A stretch of DNA of 64,000 bases from Desulfurococcaceae archaeon (GTDB lineage: Archaea; Thermoproteota; Thermoprotei_A; Sulfolobales; Desulfurococcaceae): NCBI GenBank assembly GCA_038824035.1, contig JAWBBW010000001.1:14187-78186 (forward strand), in the 5' to 3' direction. Below the pieces are notes generated by a model. The model saw nothing but the letters and a program-made list of their open reading frames with translations, had not been told where the DNA came from and ran no database searches. Shown one piece after another: positions 17,548-25,716 of this stretch (position 1 is the stretch's first letter; every line of letters starts with the position of its first letter). The position numbers and the translations under genes are program-made.

Positions 17548-17569
17548 TACATGTATTTTACATGTATTT
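17548..17569. repeat. exact tandem direct repeat, 2 x 11 nt (TACATGTATTT)
   Basis: Read directly from the sequence. Begins 3 nt upstream of the PINA-like start codon (minus-strand gene). Confidence 0.9.
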
Positions 17570-17640
17570 ACTGATAAAGAAAACATTATACCTGTTTTTA
17601 AACCTTGCATATATATTGAATCTATTCCCGCTTACTTTAA

Positions 17641-18978
17641 TCATCGTTGTTCGTATTTATTCCTAGATCTCTCCAGAAACATATCCACTATCTCGCTGAA
17701 CGATGGGCCTTCCACTATTTTCACTCTGAACTCAACTCTCACCACCGGCTTATTCACCCTTATAAGCCTAGTTATATCAGATGGAGTGCCCAGGACAACT
17801 GCATCAACGGGCATATTATTGATCGTTTTTTCTAGTTCTTTTAATTGGCTGGGATTATAACCAGTACTTGGGAGAACTGGGCCTATGTGTGGGTATTCGC
17901 TATATATCTCCTGGAAAAACCTAGTGGCATATGGCCTTGGATCTACGATCTCCGCGCCATATTTCAACGCCGCTACATAGCCGGCTGCGTATTGTAAACC
18001 ACCATGGGTTATGGTTGGTGAATCCTCAATCACGAGGACTTTTTTTCCTTCTATTATCGATGGGTTATCAACTACTACATCACTAATGGCGAGGCAGATC
18101 ACGGCTTTGGGGTTCCTAGTTAATATGTTTTTCTTTATGGTATCCACTGCCCCTGGCTTAGCTTGGTCAACCTTGTTCACCAAGACAATGTCAGCCATAT
18201 ATATGTTCATCTCGCCGGGAAATGCCGATATCTCTATGCCAGGCCTCATGGCATCGGCAACGGTGATCATGAGATCAGGCTTATAGAATGGCCAGTCATT
18301 ATTACCTCCATCCCATAGTATGATGTCATTCTCTGATTCCACAATTCTGAGTATGTTTCCATAATCGACTCCAGCGTAAACTGAGAAACCCAGCCTGAGA
18401 TAGTGTTCATACTCTTCTCTCTCTTCTATAGTAGCGCCGTATTTATCCAAGTCATCAATACTCCTAAAAACCTGTACAGCCGATTTCTCCAAATTACCAT
18501 ATGGCATTGGGTGTCTAACTATTCCGGTTTTCAACCCTCTTTTGCTAAGCTCTAGCGCTATTTCCCTGGATACCGAGCTTTTACCTGAACCAGTCTTGAC
18601 ACCTGTGACAGCTATTACTGGTTTAACGCTTTCAAGCATAGTCTCAGCTGGGCCCAGTATTTTAAAGGTCAAACCCAATGACATGAGTTTGGATATTAGC
18701 TGTCCGAGCTCCTGGTACGTTAGATCGCTGAACGCTAGTATGGCCTCTTCGACTCCATAAGTCTTCACAATCGTATCTAGGTATTTCAATCCTAATATCG
18801 GGATCCCCTCTGGATACCCAGGCCCGGCAAGGGATGGAGGATATCTCCTACCAGCTATGCCTGGTATTTGGGTCTGTAGAAAGGCCACGACGTGGTAATC
18901 AGGGTTATTTCTAAAATAGATATTGAAATTATGGTAATCCCTTCCACTGGCACCTATAATCACGACTTTCCGCGGCAT
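17641..18978 (-). CDS. P-loop protein of the COG2403 family (predicted GTPase)
   Basis: N-terminus VVIIGASGRDYHNFNIYFRNNPDYHVVAF and P-loop VTGVKTGSGKSS match my recollection of COG2403 proteins. Confidence 0.6.
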   Translation of the reverse strand: MPRKVVIIGASGRDYHNFNIYFRNNPDYHVVAFLQTQIPGIAGRRYPPSLAGPGYPEGIPILGLKYLDTIVKTYGVEEAILAFSDLTYQELGQLISKLMSLGLTFKILGPAETMLESVKPVIAVTGVKTGSGKSSVSREIALELSKRGLKTGIVRHPMPYGNLEKSAVQVFRSIDDLDKYGATIEEREEYEHYLRLGFSVYAGVDYGNILRIVESENDIILWDGGNNDWPFYKPDLMITVADAMRPGIEISAFPGEMNIYMADIVLVNKVDQAKPGAVDTIKKNILTRNPKAVICLAISDVVVDNPSIIEGKKVLVIEDSPTITHGGLQYAAGYVAALKYGAEIVDPRPYATRFFQEIYSEYPHIGPVLPSTGYNPSQLKELEKTINNMPVDAVVLGTPSDITRLIRVNKPVVRVEFRVKIVEGPSFSEIVDMFLERSRNKYEQR

Positions 18979-19118
18979 GATGACACCGATTAAATATAGT
19001 AGACAAGGCTTATTAAGTCAATTGATCTAAAGAGGAACATCATAATACATGATGCATTAGAGTAATGGGGATAATGTTTTGGTTTTAAGAGCACTTAGAA
19101 AGGGAAAAAAGAGGTCAA

Positions 19119-21623
19119 TTAAAAGTTCAGGTCCTTTAATTTCTCGGCTATTTTTTCAAGCCTTTCCAACATAATCTTTCTCTCAACACTGGCAACCAAT
19201 CTCCTTGTTGGTATCACAGCATCTGGATTAACACTTATGCTGTCTATGCCCTCTCTTACCAAGAACTCCACTATCTCTGGGTACACGCTTGGGGCTTGTC
19301 CACATATACTCACTGTTGCACCTTTTTTGTGAGCCCCTCTTATTATCATGCTTATAGCCTTTAACACGGCTGGATCTCTCTCATCGAAATATCCCATCTC
19401 TGCCAATATATTGCTATCTCTGTCAGCACCAAGAACTAGTTGTGTCAAGTCGTTGCTTCCAATACTAAATCCATCGACCAGTTCAGCGAACTCCTCTGCG
19501 AGCAATGCTACACTTGGGACCTCAGCCATGATCCACACTTTGAAGTCCTTAGTTCTCTTTAATCCCTCCTCTTCCATGATCTTTAGTAAGCGTTTGACCT
19601 CCCAGGTTGTCCTCACAAATGGCAACATGACCCATACATTTATTAAGCCAAACTCTTCTCTTACTTTCCTAATGGCCTTTAACTCCAGCCTGAAACCTGG
19701 TTCATACTTGGGGTGTATGTACCTGCTAACACCTCTCCAGCCAATCATTGGGTTTCTCTCATCTGGTTCGTATTTTTCACCACCCTTTAATCCTCTGAAT
19801 TCATTTGTTCTGAAATCACTGAATCTCACTACTACCGGCCTTGGATATATGGCCTGAGCTACTTTAGCTATTCCCTCGGCTAGCTTATTCACGAAGAAGT
19901 CTTGTTGACCAGTGTCGATCAAATACATTGGATGATATCCGATCCAATCTGTGAATATGAACTCGATCCTCATTAGGCCTATTCCGTCGAATGGAAGGTC
20001 CTTGTATTTGTCTATGGCATCTGGTTCACCAAGGTTCATGTAGATTTTAGTGGCTGTCACAGGGTATAATGGTAATAGTTGCTCTGGGCTAATACCTACA
20101 GCCGCTACCACGCCGGCCGCAGGAATGGCCTCCGTCTTCGGCTTCGCCAACTCTTCAACTATACCCTCATAGATGACTCCCTTACTACCATCAACTGTGA
20201 CCTCTGTACCTGACACCACGGCCTTTGTCGCATTGCCAGTTCCAACTACACATGGTATACCTAGTTCACGGCTGACTATTGCGGCGTGGCTTGTCATACC
20301 ACCTTCATCTGTGACTATTGCAGCGGCTTTTTTCATTAATGGTACCCAGTCAGGGTCTGTCATCCTTGTTACGAGGATATCGCCCTCTTTGAACTCTAAT
20401 GCCTCAGGGCTCTTGGGATCAAATATCACCCTGGCAACGCCTGCGCCTATACCAGGACTCGCAGGTAGGCCTCTTGCAAGCACCTTGGCCTCAGACAATT
20501 TCACCACTTTTCTACCAGTAACCTCGGCTGGTTTCTTAGCGGCTTCTTTTGCTTTCTTAGTACTCCACACAGTCTCGGGCCTTGCTTGTACTATGAACAC
20601 GTTTTGCGGGAACGGTAGATCCAGGTCTACTGCCCACTCTATGTCCATATGTCTTCCATAGTGTTTGTATATTAATTCGCCTAGCTCTGCTAATCTAATA
20701 ACCTCCTCGTCTGTTAGCGAGGGCTTTTCGGGATGGGCGATCTGGACCAACGGTGCTTGCGGTTCTACTCCCTCCTCTGCAACCCACTTACTTTGTTCAT
20801 CTTCCCACTTTAAGTGGATGTTTTTACCTATACTTGGATCAAACGTTATCATGTACGTCTTCTTGTTAATTCTCCTCTCGACGATATCAATACTCTTCCT
20901 ATCAACTATGAACTCATCCGGAGTTACTTTGCCACCAACAACAGATTCTCCGAGACCCCAGCTACTCTCTATGACTATTACGTTCTCATCCCCTGTCACC
21001 GGGTGTAATGTGAACATAACACCAGCTGCCTTGCTATTGACCATTTTCTGAACCGTAACACTCATATGTGTTCTCTCGTGTGGTATCCCTTGAGCAACTC
21101 TATAGAATGTTGCTCTCGCTGTGAAAAGGCTTGCCCAGCATCTCTTAACATGTTCGACGACTTTCTCAGCGCCGTAGACATTGAGATATGTGTCTTGTTG
21201 TCCAGCAAAACTAGCCTCGGGCAAATCCTCGGCTGTAGCACTACTTCTAACAGCTACTCGTAATTTCGCTGGATCCATGTTCAACCTCTTAGCTAATTCA
21301 TTATAATACATCTTGATCTCGTTTTCCACCTCCCGTGGCATTGGCTGGCTTAATATCATCTCCCTTATTTTCCTAGTGGTTTCCTCCAATTCCTTGGTGT
21401 TATTTACATCGAGTTTTCTCAGCATATCGTAGATCTTCTGGCCCAACCCGGTTTTCTCCATGAAGTATTTAAATGCATACGCGGTGACAGCGAATCCAGG
21501 AGGCACTGGTATTCCAGCTGCCATCATTTCTCCTAGATTTGCATTTTTGCCACCAACTAATGGGACATCTTCCTTCCTCACTTCCTCTAACCAGAGCACG
21601 AACCTGGTTTCTTTGCTACTCAT
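19119..21623 (-). CDS. ppsA: phosphoenolpyruvate synthase (pyruvate, water dikinase)
   Basis: 834 aa. Phosphohistidine motif [21 protein letters not shown] plus ATP-grasp N-terminal and PEP-utilising C-terminal domains. Confidence 0.95.
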   Translation of the reverse strand: MSSKETRFVLWLEEVRKEDVPLVGGKNANLGEMMAAGIPVPPGFAVTAYAFKYFMEKTGLGQKIYDMLRKLDVNNTKELEETTRKIREMILSQPMPREVENEIKMYYNELAKRLNMDPAKLRVAVRSSATAEDLPEASFAGQQDTYLNVYGAEKVVEHVKRCWASLFTARATFYRVAQGIPHERTHMSVTVQKMVNSKAAGVMFTLHPVTGDENVIVIESSWGLGESVVGGKVTPDEFIVDRKSIDIVERRINKKTYMITFDPSIGKNIHLKWEDEQSKWVAEEGVEPQAPLVQIAHPEKPSLTDEEVIRLAELGELIYKHYGRHMDIEWAVDLDLPFPQNVFIVQARPETVWSTKKAKEAAKKPAEVTGRKVVKLSEAKVLARGLPASPGIGAGVARVIFDPKSPEALEFKEGDILVTRMTDPDWVPLMKKAAAIVTDEGGMTSHAAIVSRELGIPCVVGTGNATKAVVSGTEVTVDGSKGVIYEGIVEELAKPKTEAIPAAGVVAAVGISPEQLLPLYPVTATKIYMNLGEPDAIDKYKDLPFDGIGLMRIEFIFTDWIGYHPMYLIDTGQQDFFVNKLAEGIAKVAQAIYPRPVVVRFSDFRTNEFRGLKGGEKYEPDERNPMIGWRGVSRYIHPKYEPGFRLELKAIRKVREEFGLINVWVMLPFVRTTWEVKRLLKIMEEEGLKRTKDFKVWIMAEVPSVALLAEEFAELVDGFSIGSNDLTQLVLGADRDSNILAEMGYFDERDPAVLKAISMIIRGAHKKGATVSICGQAPSVYPEIVEFLVREGIDSISVNPDAVIPTRRLVASVERKIMLERLEKIAEKLKDLNF

Positions 21624-21707
21624 TAAACCACCTGAAAAGGTATCCTTCTCGATAAGGGTTATAAAAGTTTTCTTTATACATAGAAATACAATATATATTG
21701 AAACATG

Positions 21708-23267
21708 TCATTGTCCTGTATTTTTCCCAAATCTCTTCGACGATCTCCTAGATATCCTGTCGGCAAGGTCTTTGACAACATTGTAGTAATACCATGCATG
21801 TCTCTTAGCCATGTCAATTCTCTCGCTTGAACGTATTCTATGTAACAATGGGTATTTCCCAAGATAGTTCTTCACTCCTTTTTCACCGAACTCAACCAAC
21901 GCTACCGCTGTTAATGAATGGATTAAGGCCTCGTTTAATAGCTTGTTGACGAACAATTCCCGTTTCTCGTCGAAAAACCTAGTAGTATACGTGGCGTTTA
22001 CGAACTCCTCGGTAGAAATTATCTGTCTCAGTAATGGGATATTAGTGGACACTCCTTCAATCCTGAACTCTGCTAGGGCGTTTCTGAGCCTCTCTAATGC
22101 TTTCCACCTATCCGGGGACCACACTATTAACTTGGCGATCATGGGGTCGTATTCCCCCGATATTGTAGATCCATCGCAGACACCTGAATCAACCCTGATA
22201 CCTGGTCCACTGGGTTCGTGATAAAATGTTATTTTCCCTTTAGACGGCTCACCTGTGATCGGGTTTTCGCTGTAGATTCTGACCTCTATTGAATGGCCAT
22301 GTCTCAGAATGCTCCCTTGCTTTATATCAAGTACGCCGTATAAGGCTATTTCCACCTGTTTTTTCACTATATCTATCCCAGTGATCATCTCGGTGACAGG
22401 GTGTTCTACCTGGATTCTCGTATTTATCTCCATGAAGTAAAACTCCCTTCTCCTCAGATCAAATACGAATTCAATTGTGCCGGCATTTCTATACCTGAGT
22501 CGTTCAGCCATCTCAACTGCATAGTTGTATAACTTATTACGCTCATTATCAAATAATGATGGACTAGGGGCTTCTTCAATTATTTTCTGAAACCTCCTTT
22601 GAATACTACATTCTCTTTCAAACAAGTGAACGATGTTATCCCCATCACCTAGTATTTGTACCTCGATGTGCTTAGAGATAGGTATGTATGGCTCAACGAA
22701 AAGCCTTGGATCAGCGAACGCGATCTCGGCTTCTTTCCTGGCTACTTCGAGTGATTTCTTTAGCTCTTTTTCATTATACACTATCCTAACACCCCTACCA
22801 CCACCTCCTCCAGCAGCTTTTATTATCAATGGATATCCATGTATCTTCGCGAATTCGAGCACTTCGTCGAAATCTTTGGCCTCGATCCACGGCAAAGTAG
22901 GCACTTCTAGTCTCTCGGCAAAGATCTTCGAGACAATCTTATCCCCAGCCATTGCCATGATGTTGGGGGGAGGGCCAATAAATATCAAGCCGTTTTTCAA
23001 GACCTCTCTAGCGAATTCTGGGTTTTCACTCAGAAACCCATAACCTGGGTGTATAGCCTCGGCACCCATATCGACAGCCGCTTCCACGATCTCGCTTATG
23101 TTGAGGTAGCTGGATACCTCTCTGTCCTCCACTAGGAAACGACGATGCAAAGAGTTGGAATCGCTCTTTGTGTATATGCCCACAGGCATGTAGCCGTTTT
23201 CTAATAGGGTTTTAGCGATCCTTATCGCTATCTCTCCTCGATTAGCGATCATTATCTTGACTGGCAT
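21708..23267 (-). CDS. accC: biotin carboxylase subunit of acyl-CoA carboxylase
   Basis: KIMIANRGEIAIRIAKT, AAGGGGGRGVRIV and ATP-grasp architecture. Start moved to MPVKIMIANRGE (ATG 23267). Confidence 0.9.
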   Translation of the reverse strand: MPVKIMIANRGEIAIRIAKTLLENGYMPVGIYTKSDSNSLHRRFLVEDREVSSYLNISEIVEAAVDMGAEAIHPGYGFLSENPEFAREVLKNGLIFIGPPPNIMAMAGDKIVSKIFAERLEVPTLPWIEAKDFDEVLEFAKIHGYPLIIKAAGGGGGRGVRIVYNEKELKKSLEVARKEAEIAFADPRLFVEPYIPISKHIEVQILGDGDNIVHLFERECSIQRRFQKIIEEAPSPSLFDNERNKLYNYAVEMAERLRYRNAGTIEFVFDLRRREFYFMEINTRIQVEHPVTEMITGIDIVKKQVEIALYGVLDIKQGSILRHGHSIEVRIYSENPITGEPSKGKITFYHEPSGPGIRVDSGVCDGSTISGEYDPMIAKLIVWSPDRWKALERLRNALAEFRIEGVSTNIPLLRQIISTEEFVNATYTTRFFDEKRELFVNKLLNEALIHSLTAVALVEFGEKGVKNYLGKYPLLHRIRSSERIDMAKRHAWYYYNVVKDLADRISRRSSKRFGKNTGQ

Positions 23268-23327
23268 TGCATCCCCACTGGTCTTGAGCAATACTTTGTT
23301 TTCCTATGCAAAACATCATAAATAAGC

Positions 23328-24557
23328 TTAACTGACGGCTTGGCTCTCCAGTTTCTTGATCAATTCTATATATATATTGATCGCCCTCTCTATATCTGAT
23401 AATTCTATATACTCATTTGGCTTATGGGCCATATCGGTTGAACCGGGTCCATACGCTATCGCTGGTATCGCCTTGTTGCTATAGTACTTTAGATCTAGCC
23501 CGCCACTACAAATGAGCTTACGAGGCATTGTACCGATTTTCTCAGCGATCACGGTTTCAAGGGCCCTCACTATGTATGAGTCCTCAGAGGTATATGCCGG
23601 GTCAGATTTATCTACAATCTCGACTTCAGCCTTAATGCCGATTTCCCGGCTAATCGAATCGATGAGTTCCTTTATCTCAACAACTACATCATCTGCTTTC
23701 TCCTCTATAATGAGTCTCCGGTCAATACTGAAACCCGAAACACCGGGCACGATGTTGACAGCGCCAGGGGAGATCAGGAGGCCGCCCGCCGTTATAGATG
23801 GCTTTGATGCCTCAGGGTGTTCATAGCTATGTTTACTAACCCTGCGATCCAGTAATAGCTTATACCTATTGAGAAACTCCTTGGCCAGTGTTATCATTTT
23901 CTCGAATGCATTATCTCCAAGCCATGGCACAGATCCATGTGCTTGTTTGCCAAATGTCTTCACAACGGCCCATACATTGCCACGGTGACCTAGATATATG
24001 GTGTCTATGCCTGACGGCTCAGCTATGACTACCCAGTCTGGTCTACTTCCAAGTTGATTAACGAGATAACCGGTTCCACTAACTCCGCCTATTTCCTCGT
24101 CAGGGACAAGAACAGCCTCGACGACTATCTCGGGTTCTCGGGTTTTTTGGGCGAAATATATTAGTGTTGCCAACACAGCTGCTATCCCCCCTTTCATATC
24201 ACTAGAACCTCGTCCATATAACCTACCATTGCTTATAACCGGTGTGAACGGATCTGTTTCCCACCCTTCACCTGGGGGAACCACATCGTAATGGCCATTG
24301 AACTGGAGCACTTTGTAGCCATGTCCTATCCTGGCCAATAATATGTATCTAGGTCTCTCAGGGTGAAATTGCTTGGGCAAAACACTAGCCAAATACTCAT
24401 CAGGCACTCTGTGCACAGTGACGTGTATTCCGTAGTTAGATAAAAGCTCCCTGTAATAATCCACGGCTGCCTCGTACTCCTCTCCGAGCACAGTCTTATA
24501 CCTTATACTATCCAAGAGTACCTTGATGGCTATTTCCACTACGTTCTTGATATCCAC
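23328..24557 (-). CDS. M20-family metallohydrolase (ArgE/DapE/LysK-like deacylase)
   Basis: HYDVVPPG and GRGSSDMKGG motifs. GTG start. Confidence 0.8.
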   Translation of the reverse strand: MDIKNVVEIAIKVLLDSIRYKTVLGEEYEAAVDYYRELLSNYGIHVTVHRVPDEYLASVLPKQFHPERPRYILLARIGHGYKVLQFNGHYDVVPPGEGWETDPFTPVISNGRLYGRGSSDMKGGIAAVLATLIYFAQKTREPEIVVEAVLVPDEEIGGVSGTGYLVNQLGSRPDWVVIAEPSGIDTIYLGHRGNVWAVVKTFGKQAHGSVPWLGDNAFEKMITLAKEFLNRYKLLLDRRVSKHSYEHPEASKPSITAGGLLISPGAVNIVPGVSGFSIDRRLIIEEKADDVVVEIKELIDSISREIGIKAEVEIVDKSDPAYTSEDSYIVRALETVIAEKIGTMPRKLICSGGLDLKYYSNKAIPAIAYGPGSTDMAHKPNEYIELSDIERAINIYIELIKKLESQAVS

Positions 24558-24626
24558 TCCATGATCACCTAGTAGAGAACCAGTGGATTACGCGCGATTA
24601 ATATGTGGAGGAGGTATAAAAAACGT

Positions 24627-24881
24627 CTATTCAATCTTCTCTATATATATGATCTGGACAGGACAAGCGTTTGCAGCATCCTGGGCACAGGACACTAAGT
24701 CCTCTGGTATAATGCCGACCGCTATATTGCCACTTTCTCTGAATTTCTCTGTTATCTGTGATTTGTTATCATCGGGATTCATTTCAAACACGTCAGGACA
24801 TATGGAGACACAGACCATGTCAGATATGCAGTTCTCTCTGGGCTCTATCTTTACCCTGTACTTAGCCATGTTCTTCACCAC
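24627..24881 (-). CDS. fdx: single-cluster [4Fe-4S] ferredoxin, Asp-ligated type
   Basis: CISDMVCVSICPDVFEM ... CAQDAANACP is collinear with Pyrococcus furiosus ferredoxin, including its CxxDxxC motif. Confidence 0.75.
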   Translation of the reverse strand: MVKNMAKYRVKIEPRENCISDMVCVSICPDVFEMNPDDNKSQITEKFRESGNIAVGIIPEDLVSCAQDAANACPVQIIYIEKIE

Positions 24882-24917
24882 TAAATAAGTAGGGAGATGT
24901 ATAATAAAAAGCTTTCA

Positions 24918-24970
24918 TCAGCTATGCGGGGCCCATGTCATTTCTACTCCTTTCCAAGGTTCCTCATCAT
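24918..24970 (-). ncRNA. box C/D sRNA (53 nt)
   Basis: Minus strand reads ATGATGA-GGAACCTTGGAA-AGGA-GTAGAA-ATGACAT-GGGCCCCGCATAG-CTGA. C and D are perfect; D' and C' are degenerate. TTTAAATA sits about 26 nt upstream of the inferred 5' end, and a T-rich tract follows the D box. Confidence 0.65.
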
Positions 24971-24997
24971 CAAATCTACAATTACGATGTATCAAGT

Positions 24998-25005
24998 TAT
25001 TTAAA
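24998..25005 (-). promoter_or_regulatory. TATA box (TTTAAATA on the minus strand) for the box C/D sRNA
   Basis: Its centre lies about 26 nt upstream of position ~24975, which is 5 nt before the C box. Confidence 0.5.
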
Positions 25006-25059
25006 CTACCTAGTTTCCTTGATAAGTACGGAGGTCTTTTAACTACTTAAAACACCATG

Positions 25060-25689
25060 TCAACTCTTAAAATACGATATATAATACGTATGCAGGCCTT
25101 TCACGATCATCTCAACTGCCACGCCGGCTATTATCAGCGCCATGAATCTCCCGACGGCTCTGACAGTGGATAATTTAAGGTACTTTACCAAGTTATCGCT
25201 GATTTTAAGTAAAAAGAATGAAAAACCACACGCTGTCAAACCAGCTATTAGCACTAGCACTATGTTGAACGCATCGCCAGGCTTAGCCGATGTCAATAAC
25301 AATATTGTTGTTATGGTCCCAGGTCCTATTAACAACGGGGTCGCTATGGGGACAACAGCTATGTCGGATGGGTGAACACGCTTTGTTCTAACCTCGTCGC
25401 CCAACATATCGAGTGCTATGGTTATCAACAAGATCCCTCCACCAACTCTCAGCCCAGCTATGGATACATTGAATGCTTGGAGAATATAGTGGCCAGCCAG
25501 TGTGAAGACCAATACTATCAACATACCGGCGATCCAGGCTTTCTTAATTATTTCCTTTCTTTTATCCGCGCTGATCGATTGTGTGAGGGCGAGGTATGTC
25601 GGTATGACTGAAAACGGGTTCATGATTGCAAATAACTGTATGAAATAGGTCATGAAAATTAAAATGATGTTTACTAATGTCTCGAACAT
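25060..25689 (-). CDS. MarC-family (UPF0056) integral membrane protein
   Basis: About six predicted TM segments; N-terminal FAIMNPFSVIPTYLAL motif. Confidence 0.8.
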   Translation of the reverse strand: MFETLVNIILIFMTYFIQLFAIMNPFSVIPTYLALTQSISADKRKEIIKKAWIAGMLIVLVFTLAGHYILQAFNVSIAGLRVGGGILLITIALDMLGDEVRTKRVHPSDIAVVPIATPLLIGPGTITTILLLTSAKPGDAFNIVLVLIAGLTACGFSFFLLKISDNLVKYLKLSTVRAVGRFMALIIAGVAVEMIVKGLHTYYISYFKS

Positions 25690-25716
25690 AGGGTAACCCT
25701 ATTAAATGCCTTGGTT

